Part shown: positions 10,148 through 22,507 of the stretch, one piece after another
Numbering within the stretch: position 1 is the stretch's first letter
Layout: each line of letters opens with the position of its first letter
Source: Catajapyx aquilonaris
Lineage: Eukaryota
NCBI GenBank assembly: GCA_000934665.2
Contig: KZ539018.1
Coordinates: 1-36,458, forward strand
Reading direction: 5' to 3'
Length of the DNA stretch: 36,458 bases
The notes under the pieces: model-generated
What the model saw: the letters and a program-made list of their open reading frames with translations, nothing else
Database searches by the model: none
Told to the model about the DNA's origin: nothing
Position numbers and translations under genes: made by a program

Positions 10148-12501
10148 CTAGACGTGGTCGGTTAGGTGTGAAGACTTGGAGCACGTGCAATAATCGACGA
10201 TTAGTTAACGCTCCTTATCTCGGATCATTAGCATTGAGCCAAATGAGGTTATACTTGAAGCTATCTTGTTTTATCATGGACTGTGCTCACTGGATTTAAA
10301 TCTCCGGTTAGTATATGTAACTGTGCCAATCACTAACCGACAGCCTCTATTTGCACTAAATATTATAAACAATTGTCAGCTTGTTGGAGTACATGCTTTA
10401 TTTTGACTCAATGCCCTACAACCGAGCTTCATAAAACCGGCCACTGTGAATATTAAACTTTGCTCTAACGTGATCTTGTTACTGAACTTGCTGAAACTTT
10501 TGGCTGGCAACTGCAGAATCCGGTTTCCAGTGCAAGGTCGCTGAACTAGTTCGTTAACTACACTTCAGATGGCGCTGATGTCTGTGGCGCTCCCTCTTGT
10601 GCTAAACTCTGGGTGCTGCTAGTGCCATCTAGTGAGCGAACCGTGCTTTCAAACAGAGAGCAAAATCCTTGTTTTAAAACATTTCTGTTGTGTTTTCACA
10701 GTTTATTTCTGCAGTAGTGATTCCCGTGCCAATTTTTTTTTAGCAGAGCGATACCGACATCAACCTCCCACATTTTTTGGGGGGAACCTGCATCCGCATA
10801 AAAATGGTGGCGGACATGAATCTTAGCCCCAACCGACATTATCGGTTTCCGTTGGCCACGTAAATCAATTCGCAGAGAGAGCGTGTCAAAGAGCGGGTGT
10901 GCGAATCTGCAAATCACATATTAACTCCCACCATCCCCCCCCTTCCCAACCTATCTAACATATCCCCCCGCCCCTCTCCACCCCTACACACACATGCCCA
11001 AGCAATAAACCACAATTCCATACTGGCCCCGACATCCCTAGGTACCTCATCATTAGTAATAAAATGTGGGCAATGATGGGTCTATCTTGGTTTCGCCAAT
11101 GTAGCGAAACAATGTGATAACGGTCATTTTCAGCACGCAATTTATTCGCGGATTCGGTAACGGAACAAGTGGTGCGATCCATATTGCACACCGAGTTGGT
11201 TTCGTCCATTGTGATTTTTTTTTTGCAAAAAAAAAGTATGCTCATCTACCCAAATTTTTTTGGCAACTGTATATAGGATGTCGGTGTGTATAAATCAGCG
11301 GTTCGCAGTGTGATATAGAGTGATGTATAGTCCCAGACTGTACTGTGTCTAAATCCCTTCTGGTGGACTGTATGATGCGAGAGCTGAAAAGGTGTGTATT
11401 ATTATCATGTTCTGTTGGTTGTGTATCATTGTATAGCATTGATGTAAATATGATTTTATTTGAAACTTGAGATTGGCTTGTTTATTAGTGTTCGATACCT
11501 TTTGCTTTGTAGGTGGACACCGATTGATCGGGTTTAAAGTGAGAAATTCGGCTGATCTTTCCTATACGCGACGAAGGCCAACGAATGTTATTGTGACTTT
11601 GCCATTTCTCTTTGAAACGCGTCGTGTCGCGTTAGATCTTCCTGAAATTCTAGGAGTTAAAGCCGCTATAGTTCGTAACAAAACCAGTATGATTAGGTAG
11701 CAATTAGTAAGGAATGGCCTAGGCTTTCCCAAATTGTATTCATGAAATTCTAACCACACGTGCAACCTCAACAAAACGGCGGCATCTTAAAACCACTGGT
11801 GTCTCTCCATCCAAACGTAACCTTAAGGTTGGGATGTCATTACCCTGTCGCTAATGTGGAGTTCGCCTACTCTTTACGAAACAATTACCGAGCCAAAATT
11901 GACCACAAATTAGATTGCCGGAAGTTTACAACTTTGCCCATTGCCTGCGAAAGGCGAGGGGGGGAGAACCGGACACGTTATGCTGTGATTAACAACGCTG
12001 TCTAAAAATGTGCGGGTAAATTGGTAATAAGACCTTTAAAAAAAATTGCAATCATGCCAAAGTTTATGACCGAAAAATATTTTACCATATTCAATTCCCT
12101 CGCTTCCAAAAAAAAGTGCAGATTGTCGCCATTTTTGTGATGAGTATATTTCATCCGTATCTGCCCAGGCAGTTTTGTGTCAGTTATGCGGGTGATATAT
12201 AAATCTCCTGGAAAGTGTGAGAGAAGGGAGGGGGGAAAAGAGAGAAGATCTGAAGCCAACGACGTGAATTTATGCTCTAATTTTGCGGAGGCTTGGAGGC
12301 CATCTTGGATGAAGTGGGTAATATTGTGATTTGTCTCCGTTGGGAACAGCCATGGAACAGTTTTTTCCCCCCCTCTCTCAACCACACAGGCTCATCATAA
12401 TGACTTTAATACGATCCGGCTTGTTTATCTCACAATTACCCTCACCAGATTGGATCCCCCCCCCGGTACTGTACTGTACAATCACAGAAATGAATAAGGT
12501 G

Positions 12502-13210
12502 ACACACCTGACATTAATAAGGCTGCACACCTGACACGAGTAAGCCTGCACACCTGACATGAGTATGGCGGGTCTAGGACTTTTCGCCCCCGCCGTTTCG
12601 CCCCTGGACTTTTAACCCCCAGCATATTGGCCCCGGTGACAATTTCGCCCTCGGCGTATTCGCACCCGTGACATTCGTGTATTCGTCGTGGTGGGCAAAG
12701 CCACAATAACGTTCGTGGGCCTGCGGCGCCACAAGACGGATAGTAAATGTTGCGGATACAGAAACCCACAATAAGCGCCCACAGCTCCTCTATCGCTCTG
12801 CAAAAACCTAAAAATATCACGCACGGGCGACGGACCGTGCCTGGCAGGGCCATAGGAATGATAGTACTGTTGCGGTAACAAAAAACCATACAGCATCACC
12901 AACACAAAGCGCACCTCCATCCCTGCGACCCAAGCAGTAGACCACAAAATTTCATTTTATAAACCAGGCAGGAAACAGCGAGCCAATCAGCGCCCGCCCC
13001 CGCTGTTGCCAGACGTTACACACAAGGCCAGGTCACTTCTCTAGAAATGCCCAGCCGAATGCTTCAAAGTGGAATATGTCACGGGGGCCAATGTGCCGGG
13101 GGCTAAAAGTCCGGATCCCGAGTAGGGTTCCACACCTGACATGAGTAGGGCTGCACACCTGACACAAGTAAGACTGCACACATGACATGAGTAAGGTAGC
13201 ACACCTGACA
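12502..13210 (+). repeat. 23-bp minisatellite (CACACCTGACATGAGTAAGGCTG) split by a transposon
   Basis: Three units at about 12502-12569 and about four at 13120-13210. Confidence 0.85.
12570..13119. mobile_element. Mutator-like non-autonomous element
   Basis: TIRs GGGTCTAGGACTTTTCGCCCCC and GGGGGCTAAAAGTCCGGATCCC, subterminal TTTCGCCCC-like repeats, and an imperfect 9-bp TSD GAGTATGGC (12561-12569) / GAGTAGGGT (13120-13128). Confidence 0.65.
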
Positions 13211-14230
13211 GAAAATTCGTAAGGTATCACACTTGAAGATCAAACTCTTGATTGATTTCGCTTCCTCCTTCTAACCATAGACAATAGAGGAGTCTATAAG
13301 CCACGATAGCCTCGCCTCATTACTAACAAATTGTTTGGAAAGAACTCGTTCTTCAGGTTGGGCTCTGACGATAAACCTCACCCTTTAAAGAAAAGAAAGA
13401 AGATTCGGACCTTGGGCAGTAGGAAGGCTAAAAAAATGGTCATTGGCCGGTGGTAGGGGGGGGGGGGNNNNNNNNNGGGGGGGGGGGTGAGATGAGTGAC
13501 CATTTCTTTTGAAATATGCCCCCGAGGCGGAGGAGCGGAGGGTCAATATGGGGCCTCTCAAGTGAGATAAGGCAAACTCCAATTCCAGCAGGAGCCTTCA
13601 ATTCTCCCGGAAGGCGGTTTCCTCCTCCAATTCTAACTAATGGCTTTAATGTGACAACTATACGGCACATGAAGTGACCAGATGGTCATAAATTCTCAAA
13701 TCCGCTTCCCAGCTGCCTACCGCGCAAGGGTTATTACGGTCCATATTTTACACACAGCGTTTTATGCCGGGGAGGGAAGGCCGGGTGGGTGGGGAGAGGC
13801 GGAGGAGGAGGAGGAGGAGAGGGGGGGGGACCGCATAACTAGGCAGGGCTGAGGATTGAATAATAAAGTCATCTAAATGTTACCAAGACTGAAATTCCGG
13901 GCCTCTTATTGTCCTCCTGGAGGCAACCGGGATGGGACCATTAGCATACTATCTCGGCGGGGCGACCCATAAAACGGAGGCGCGAGGTTATCGTGGTCTG
14001 CATGACTCTGATTAAGGATTCGGCTGGTGGGGAGGGGGAGGGGGACACATTTTTTTATATGCGGAAAGTGGGTGGGTTGGGTTGGAGAGAGACGCTCGTT
14101 TGGCCATGCAGACAGCATATGCGGGGTGAGGTCGAAGGAAGGCGGATGACCTCGGAGTGCTGGAAAGTGACGGCCATTTTGGGCTTGGAGGTTGTGTTGG
14201 CAGCAATGTGGCTCCTTCCTAGGCCGAAAC

Positions 14231-14395
14231 TTGACAACACTGCCCATGTAGTACCATTTCCCTCACTTGGATGGAGCATCTTCCTTTTCTGCACATTATT
14301 GCCACTGTCAGTGTCGTGGTAGCTACTACGTTCACCTAGCTGATGACTCACCCCGGACAAACAGAGGCAGAAACTTGGCAGTTCTACGAGCCATT
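14231..14395 (+). repeat. Dispersed repeat family R, reference copy
   Basis: CAACACTGCC...CATGTAGTACCA...GATGG...CTGCACA...CACCTAGCTGATGACTCACCCCGGACAAACAGAGGC; related segments at about 1210-1645, 2482-2525, 2941-3235, 15545-15700, 21828-21960, 22405-22482, 26588-27010 and 29920-29970. Confidence 0.75.
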
Positions 14396-14470
14396 CTAGT
14401 ATAGTATGATGATATCGGAGTATCTATCAAATTGTTATTTAATTTAACACATAATTTCGTAATACTGGAG

Positions 14471-14680
14471 TAAAATCGTATCATATCGTATCGATTCATG
14501 TCGTAAAATCGTACCGTATCGTATGGATTTGTAATTTAAAATCGTATCATATCGATTTATGTCCTAAAATCGTATCGTATCGATTCATGTCTTAAAATCG
14601 TATCGTATGGATTCGTAACTTAAAATCGTATTGTATCGATTATTCGTGTCGTGAAATCATATCGTATCGATTCATATTTG
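14471..14680. repeat. Minisatellite of about 28 bp (TAAAATCGTATCGTATCGATTCATGTC)
   Basis: About seven tandem units built from ATCGT pentamers. Confidence 0.85.
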
Positions 14681-15544
14681 TCAAATACACCAAATTATTC
14701 GATTAATGTCGAATTTACTTTAACATTGAAAATCGATTCTGGTTCTAACGGGGCAACTATGGATCGTGTCCGGAACAGTCCGGAATGTTCCTGTTGGGAC
14801 ACGCAGATTTTTGGCATAATTTAGCGGTTCATGGCGCTTGGGGGAGAGGGGGGGGGGTCATCCCGCCATCAGCATGTGGTTCGCACACGGGCCATACGGT
14901 CAGTTCATTGTGAGCGATTTGAATGGCAACATCCGGTGCATCCGATTCGTATCGGGCTATCGCACCCAGATAGTCCCCCCCCCCCCCCAAAAAAAAAGTA
15001 TCAGGCCCTGGGTGGGGTAGGGGGGGTGGGGAGCAAATTTTAGACTATTCAGGCGTGGCCCGGTATTATGAAATGATATTAACCGATTTGTCGTATTTAA
15101 AGCTCTAACAGGCTGACCGCAATGTGACGATTAATCTGTAAGCTAGATGAGGCGTCCAAAGGGCCATGTGTTACATTTCCACTGTTATGTCCGGTTGAAT
15201 GTGTTGTTGCGCGATAATGAGATCGTGAAACGCCAGCGCGTCGATAACGCGATTAATCACTTGCATCGCTCTTTTCGGTGTTGCGGTTTATAGTGTGGCC
15301 GGGGAGACGAGGCAACTAAGGCCACCAAGCACATTACCACTATTTTGTGGCTGAATCAGACGCAACCTTCTTTCGTCTATACAAATGCAAAATAGTCCGC
15401 ATGATATCATTGGCGCAATTGATTTAAAGAAAAAAAAATGAGCGGAAAATGACAATAATTGCTAAACACTAAAATTAACGAAATGGATCCTTTTTGCTTT
15501 CACGTTACTCGTTTAACAATTAGAGGGCAGAGTAGTATAGCGCC

Positions 15545-15700
15545 CGTTGTCCCCACGGTGACTCATCACCAACGTGCATGTAGTACTACTTTCTCCCTGA
15601 GAGTGGCAGGACTGTGCAGAGTGAGAGCCTATATGCGCCAACTAGTAAAATGGCCTATCGTCCAAGTATGGGGTGGGCCAGGCAGTGTTGCCAAAATTTG
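15545..15700 (-). repeat. Family R copy, inverted
   Basis: GGTGACTCATCA at 15557-15568, CATGTAGTAC at 15577-15586, GGCAGTGTTGCCAAAATTT at 15681-15699. Confidence 0.7.
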
Positions 15701-18643
15701 TCAACGAAAATCAGATGGAATTTTTTATTGTCGAAGAAACACAGAAGCTATAGTGAGTACGGTAATGTTCCATATATTATTTTCGTTTTTTTTTTACATT
15801 TTATTATTTGTGCAAATGACATGTCGGTCTTGTTGTTTGCGCAATCTAACTTTACGTTAATTTTTAATTAAACAATGAACTAATATTGTTTGTTTATTAA
15901 AATAGTCTGATTTTTTGTGTGCGCTTTTGCAAACATGCCAACTGTATACTAGCGGAAACGATATATGGCCATATACGTATCAACCTGCATAAATAACATT
16001 TCGATGCACCACTAACATAGGGCCAAAGTCACTTTTCTGCAAGTATCGAGCTTTCTTTTTTTTTTTCCGAGGGAAAAACTTTTTGGAGAGCTCGACAGTT
16101 AGGTATAGTGGTGGTGGTGGTGGGAAAGGGAAAAGGTTTTTGCACAATCTCCATCTAATAGCGGGCTGGGTGGAATATGCCGTCGGATGCGCCCTTCTGT
16201 CATCGCTTCCTCGCCAATTCGTTGTCGAATTTGTCGAGGCCCCGCCGTAATTTACGGCCGTTTTATGCCGGTCAAAGCGGATTCCCCGCACGGGGGATTG
16301 CCGATTAATTCAATGGCGCTCTCTTCCCCCATCCCCTCCCATTCCCTATCCTAAAAACCATAACGCCGGAGTTCTCCAGGCCAGGCTGACGTCGAGGACT
16401 TATAGATAAAGGGAACTCTTACAGGAAAAAGATAAAAGCTATTATGGGTCCTCGGGCGGAAACGTGCGCGACGCCTGATATAGTATAAAGGACTATTGTT
16501 TTTAATTATCTTCCTTCCAACACAAGGAATGGCGAAGGTGTTGGGGATGAGGAGGTTGATCATAAATTAAGTGATTATTTAGTAGGGAAGGAAGGAAGGA
16601 AGGGAGAGGGAAAAGGAAGGGGGTGTCGCGGCTGAAGGAAAAAGGTCTTAATCGAGGTAATCAGCGACGCCTTTGAGGGGGCTTTCATTGGTTTTCATGG
16701 GAGGGAAAAGGATCCCAGGGATAGTTATGGGTTTAGTGGTGGGGGCGGAGGATAAAAAAGAGATGTTTCCGGGAGTCGAGGAGTTATGGTGGGAACGTTT
16801 TGTTTGCAAGGGTGAGTTCAACGAGACGGTTTATGGACGGGAAATAGTTAAAAAAGTCGGTGCTCGAAGGGTTGATATTTTTTTGGGGCTGGTGGTGGAG
16901 GAGAAAATTTTTTGTGATTGGTTTTGTAATAGTACGAGAGCAACAAAGGGCTTGAAGTTGACTGAATTATACAACTCAAAAGCGCTTTCAAAATGAAACT
17001 GTAATTACATTAATACCGGCAGAGAATACAAGTTACGTAACCCTTAGTTATAGTGAGGTGTAGGGCAACTGACCACTAAACCCTCATTTTTGCATTTAAA
17101 GGGCATTTAAAACATTCGAATTTCCTTGGGAGTTTTTCTAATTGTCAAACAAATATTGCACTCCACTAGATGTCCACATTTTGAAGAAAATGAGTTATGT
17201 CCTTCACTGGGTATAGCTCAGTGTGCGACGCATCTACCAGTAGAAGAATGGTAAAATTTGGACCAAAAACGGCGACGTTGTGTTAAAATTTCCATCAATT
17301 GTGATAGCTTTTATCTTACGAAATGTGATCATCTTTTGGCTCTCCTGTGAAATTACATTTTTGTGACATACGCTACTTCTGGTGGAGTGCGAAATATTTC
17401 CGCAATACGTAGGAGGTAACGTCTACTGAAAGCCTTTCGCAATTTTTTAAAAAATTAAAATGGTAGTTTTGGCTTTTGTTGCTTCTCTAGGATGGTAGGA
17501 ATATTTAAACCAGTTAAATGGCCCAATATAACAAAATAGATCCAACAATACATGTGCGCTAAAATATTTTTGTGGCTCTGAGCTAATCGTATTTACCGCA
17601 AAAAATTTTTTTTACAAATTTCGTGTACAGTACAGTACATTTCCATTCTGATTGTAATATTGGTAGGCCTTGTAGTGTACTTAGTGCCACAATATGATTG
17701 TTAAATAATGGGATAAACTATTGCATAAAATTTTAAAACACATCCGCAATATTTTATGAGCAGCCTTTTCATACGCATTTCTGAGAAATTTTTGCATTTG
17801 TTTTTCTCTGGCACTTCTTCTCCAGTGCCTTGTCTCACAGGCATGCATCCCTGTGCTAGAATTAATTCAGGTGGTATGCAAGCCTTGAGCCCTTTTTTTC
17901 AGTATAAAAATTCGTGTCATTTTGCCAGCTATTTTTAGCCGCAGCGTAAATCTAATTTGTGTTCATCATCATAAAGGGCGACAAATGACTCCAAAAAATG
18001 TATTTTTCCAGTCCTGTTACGAATACCAAATTATTATTTTTTTTGTTTCCTCTACAAATTTTTGTGTCTTTCCGGTATAATCTTATCGCCTGAAGCATTT
18101 CCCCCCCCCTCCTCCACCTGGATCTTGTAATACTTTTTTAAAACCTGACAACTGGTGCCAACGATTACGGCTGAACGCTCTCAAACTTGTTCCTCCATTT
18201 GAATTTTTAATTCTTTCCAGCTCAGCTGTGGGAGGATGGTGGTAAGGTAGGGGAGGGAAATGGCATTTGGAGACAGACTAATTCATGAACTTAAATAATG
18301 GTGTCTCGAGCATTATCAAAAAGGAGCCTTGGGAAAGAACATCAGGCAGAGACTTTGCTGAAGCTGCGCTCTACTCGTGTTTCTCAACAAAAAAAATGAT
18401 TATTAAAAGGAGAGGAAGAAATAATTACGTTTCTTTGAGGAGTGGGAGGGGAAGCTAAGCTCCCAAGCCTATCACCTGCGATTTCTACAGTTATAATGTT
18501 ATTCAGATTCATAAAGTCGTAAAGTACGCTGTTTTGTCATTTGGAGGATTTTTTTTACGAAAATGGCAACGCTGTATTTACGCGGATGCCACGTGTAATC
18601 GTGCTTCTCAAAAAAAAATATTATTAAAGGAGAGGAAGAAATA

Positions 18644-18901
18644 CAGTTGAATCCGGATATAACAGACTTCAAGTGACGCGGAAATCAGTCTGTTATAGCC
18701 GAATACACAGGCCATATATGGAAATATGCCGAGGCCGACATTTCGAGTCTGTTAATTATAACCGAAGGTCTGTTTTTTATTTTTTTATTTAGCTGTACCC
18801 TATTAGAGGGAACAGAGCCCTTTTAGGAGGGTGGATTACCACCATTTTTTCTTGCGAAATTTTCTTCGCATGCGAAGGTCTGTTATATCCGGTTTCAACT
18901 G
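18644..18901. mobile_element. Tigger/pogo-type MITE (TA TSD)
   Basis: TIRs CAGTTGAATCCGGATATAACAGAC and GTCTGTTATATCCGGTTTCAACTG; the paralogous empty site GAAGAAATAATTAC at about 18415-18428 shows the TA duplication. Confidence 0.88.
18775..18872 (-). mobile_element. 5'-truncated non-LTR retroposon tail inside the MITE
   Basis: Exact 12-bp direct repeat CGAAGGTCTGTT (18763-18774, 18873-18884); A-rich tail on the - strand next to a stem-loop. Confidence 0.65.
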
Positions 18902-20123
18902 TAATTACTACCTTTCTCGAGTGAGCCTAAGCCTATCACGTGCGATTTTCACAGTTATAATGTAGTCTAATTCAGATGCATAATCATAAAATCGTAAAGT
19001 ACGCTGTTTCGTCATCTGGAGGAATTTCTACGAAAATGACAACGCTGCATTACACCGATGCCACATGTACACGTATGTGTAATATTTGCGTCGTTGTTTC
19101 AAATGGCAACCCTGTAATGCACAGTTGCCACATCTAGGACATCGACGTTGCCAATTTTTTCGTCCCCATACATATTCCACGACCTCAAACAAGACTTGTT
19201 CGAAGCTGTACATACCATCTCGTGGTATCGATCCTTCCGATATGTTTTTCGGGGGCCAAAAAGACCCCAAACGTCGGCGGGCATAAAACTTTGATGTTTT
19301 ATTGCCGCCTTTGGAATCGCGGGAGGCTGGGGCGAAACTTGTGCCGGACGAAATACCATTCCGGCCAACTCTTTGACCAACCCCATAAAAAAGAAGAGAG
19401 TGGAGGGGATGGTGGGGGGTAAGGGAGAAAAGAAGGATGAAAAAAAAAAAAGTTTTACGAGGCATTTTCGCGTCCGAGTCAGTGATTCGGGTACATATGT
19501 TTGGCAAGACGTATGGGAAGAACTGGCCGGGTATTTACAAAGATTGCGGGTTCGGTCAGCGACCATAACTCATCTCAGTTTGCTGTGAGAGGGGAAAAAG
19601 TGGTGTGGCAAAAAAGCTGGCTAACTTACATTGTTGTCTTAATGTCTCCAAGTATTATTGCAGTTTCTTTTGCTTGTTTGTGCCAAGATGCTTGATCAGT
19701 AATTCAACTTTGAGAAGTGTCTGTGGTCACTTTGATGCTTTTGTCCTCCCCTTATACAGTCCCTCACAATGTCGCTGACGGGCTAGTTCATCCTGCCTTA
19801 TTACACGTGAACGTTTCGCCCAGCCGCTACCCTGACACTAACGTGATTAGGTGTGATGGGATTCGGACCCTGCAAGGGATCCTACCCAGAATATATCCCC
19901 CCTCTAGTCCCCCTCCAAAAAATAGTGTACAGTAAAGAGGAAGGGACATCAGGATCGATCCCCCACAGGCCAGTTTCCCATCTCATCTGACTAATTTCAC
20001 CGGATCTGTGGTTGTCCAGCCAGCCTTGGACCTCATTGTTCTTGGGAGTGAAAAGGGTGATTGGACTGGACTGAGGTTATGTGCACGCTAAATTAGGGAC
20101 CGGCACAGTGGGTGATGAAACTG

Positions 20124-20435
20124 GAACGATCCGGCACGTATCGGACTAGTCTGAGAGCTCAGCAAGTTCTCTCCGTGCTCATGCCGTTTTTCTCGCTAAT
20201 CATCCGGCACGAATAGGACCAACAGTGCCAGAGCCGTGATGGGTCAGCAAATCATGCTTCTGCCTTTTTTCTGGCCAATCAGAGAGATCCGGGACGAATA
20301 GGACCAACAGCGCATGCGCATGGCTCAGCAAGTTCGTGCTCCTGCCTTTTTTTCTAGCCAATCAGAGCGATCAGGAACGAATCGGGCTGATGGCTCAGCA
20401 AGTTCTCTCTGTGCACGTGCCGTTTTTCTCAGAGT
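20124..20435 (+). repeat. Four degenerate tandem monomers of about 70-85 bp
   Basis: ATCCGGCACGAATAGGACC...GCTCAGCAAG...TGCC(G/T)TTTTTCT..GCCAATCAGAG recurring near 20129, 20202, 20287 and 20370. Confidence 0.75.
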
Positions 20436-21827
20436 GTTCCAGCTGCAATTGTTGCTATTCTTTGTAACGACTCCCCCATCCTGCTGCTTTTTGGAACTAG
20501 AAAAGGGTGAGATTTGTGAGTTGGCAGCATTATATCCTCCAGAGCAGGCCCAAGGCTCGACAGGGGGTTTAGCAGTCCGATACGCACGGATCATTGAGCA
20601 AGGAGAGCTTGTGCTTGTAGGAAAGGAGGAGAAGACCCCCCAGTTGATCCTATCTAACCCCTAGTGGAAAAAGGGCGCTCCATTTCTTCCTCTGCGGGAG
20701 GTTTGGAGATTGGTGCGACGGCACTTTGTCAGGGTGTGGACAGCAGACCAGCTTCCTCTGCTCAATGGACCTTGACGATGGAGGCTGTCCCATCACCCAT
20801 CATGACTTATGCTACCCCCTACTCCATGGGTATTATCGTGTGTTCTGAGAACCCCTGACGGGGGGTCTCCAACCCAAAGGGCCTTGTCAGCTCCTGATCT
20901 CTATATGACGGATGGGTCGTGCTTGGTCCAACACACAACACATTTTGGGGCAACGACTGGAAAGCTTTTGGAGAACTACTGCGCGACTCCATAGAATTCC
21001 TGCAGAGGTTGTCTTGTGTGCCCCTTGAAACTAGTCATCCCGACGAACAGTAAAGGCTGAAGGGTTGCCCTACAGTGTTAGGATGAACGTCAAGGACGTT
21101 TTCTACACCGCACTTTGTTCGCAATCAATCTCCCTAATTAACGTGAAAGCCCCACGGTGGTGATTTGAGTGACTTGTTGGTTTGGGCCCAGAAGGTTGGA
21201 AAATGGCAATTGAGAGGATAGACTAGCTTTTCCGTCCCACCCACCCCTTGGCAGTCACCCCAATCAAAAGGGGCCGAAGCAATCCATCTCCAGAAGCAGG
21301 CCCACATGGGTGCTGGCCACTGGAGGAAGACAACTCGATTAATTGGCTCGGGAGCTTGGGAATGGTCCCAAGATGGATCGTCTTCCTCTTGCAAGAAAAG
21401 CATCGGGGATCTATCGCTCACTCACCTTACAACACTCTCTATTATTAGCAGCATTAAACATGAAACACACTACAAATATTTTTGTAAACTTGCTCAATTG
21501 TTGGCGAGGCTTTAATTCAGTGCAGGCGAGGCTTTTTTTTTGTCTGTTGGAAAACGTACGCAGCCGGTAATGAAGTCTGCCCCGTCTGGTTGTAATATAT
21601 ACAGAAAGAAGCAGCACCGTTCATTTCCCCCCTCGCCGGATACTGGTCCCAAGGTGCGAATTAGCCAAGTCTTGTTACAAGATCCACACCAAAAATGATC
21701 TCTGTCAGGCGGGGGGACAAGAAATGCATTTTTCATTCTTGAAAACCCGACTTTGCAAGTCTTTCTCTTAACACAGTTGTCTCAACATCCTGAGGAAAAG
21801 AATGGCCATTTACATAAATCTGACGTA

Positions 21828-21960
21828 AATTTGGCAACACTTGGACGTAGTATGATATTCCACAACCAGATGGCGAGCATCTGCACACTACCACGTGGTA
21901 AGTGTGGTAACTAATTGCACCTAGGTGATGAGTCACAAAGTCGCGTAGCCAATTCTACAT
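21828..21960 (+). repeat. Family R copy
   Basis: AAATTTGGCAACAC..TTGGA(C/T)GTAGTA(T/C)GATAT..ACCAG(A/T)TGGC..TCTGCACACTAC aligns to about 26711-26785; GCACCTAGGTGATGAGTCA aligns to about 26953-26971. Confidence 0.75.
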
Positions 21961-22507
21961 TTGATGTATAAGGACACGTCATTGCCAAAATTTTGCATGG
22001 TTTGGCTCGCAAAGGAAAAACACTAGAACAAAAGCATTTCCATATTCTTTGGGGTGTGTTTGGAGGGTTCAAGCAGAATGAGTGTATCATGAAGCATATA
22101 GAAATAGGGAGGGGTTCTCTCTCTCTCTCTCTCAAGCTCTCCCTCCTCTGCTGTGGAAGCTGCAGGCATATAATCAGTCCCCATAATGTTCCTTGGCTTG
22201 GCGAAGGGGTTTTCCGAATAAGATTTATCACCCTTCGGGGAATATCAAGCCTGGGAAACATCCACTGAGCGTTGGTGATGAGCCGTGCGGTTCAATTTGG
22301 CTCGCCGCATGTGATTGTCCGTCAAGGGGATTACTAACTTCATGCTTTTATATACTACTCAGCAAAAGGATAAAGCTGGAGGAGGAGGAGGAGGAGGAGG
22401 AAAACTATGGACATAGTATACCATGTGTCTTATATAGATGGCCCACCCGCGGACAAACAGAGGCACAGACTCGAGCCAATTATACATATAATGACGCACC
22501 ACATATA

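Larger units (their letters stand above)
18381..19070 (+). repeat. Tandem duplication of about 220 bp; second copy interrupted by a MITE
   Basis: TTCTCAA..TTATTAAA(A)GGAGAGGAAGAAATA...AAGCCTATCAC...TCGTAAAGTACGCTGTTT...GATGCCAC(G/A)TGTA at about 18381-18597 and 18605-19070. Confidence 0.85.

Noticed and set aside
12502..13210. Short direct repeats resembling a CRISPR array (also ATCGCTGCAACATCGC at 30175-30560)
   Set aside because: The units are contiguous or have related spacers, no cas genes are present and the context is eukaryotic; these are minisatellite or MITE repeats.
19028..19588. Overlapping 155-159 aa ORFs
   Set aside because: No recognisable domain, homopolymer-driven composition, and overlap with the tandem duplication.
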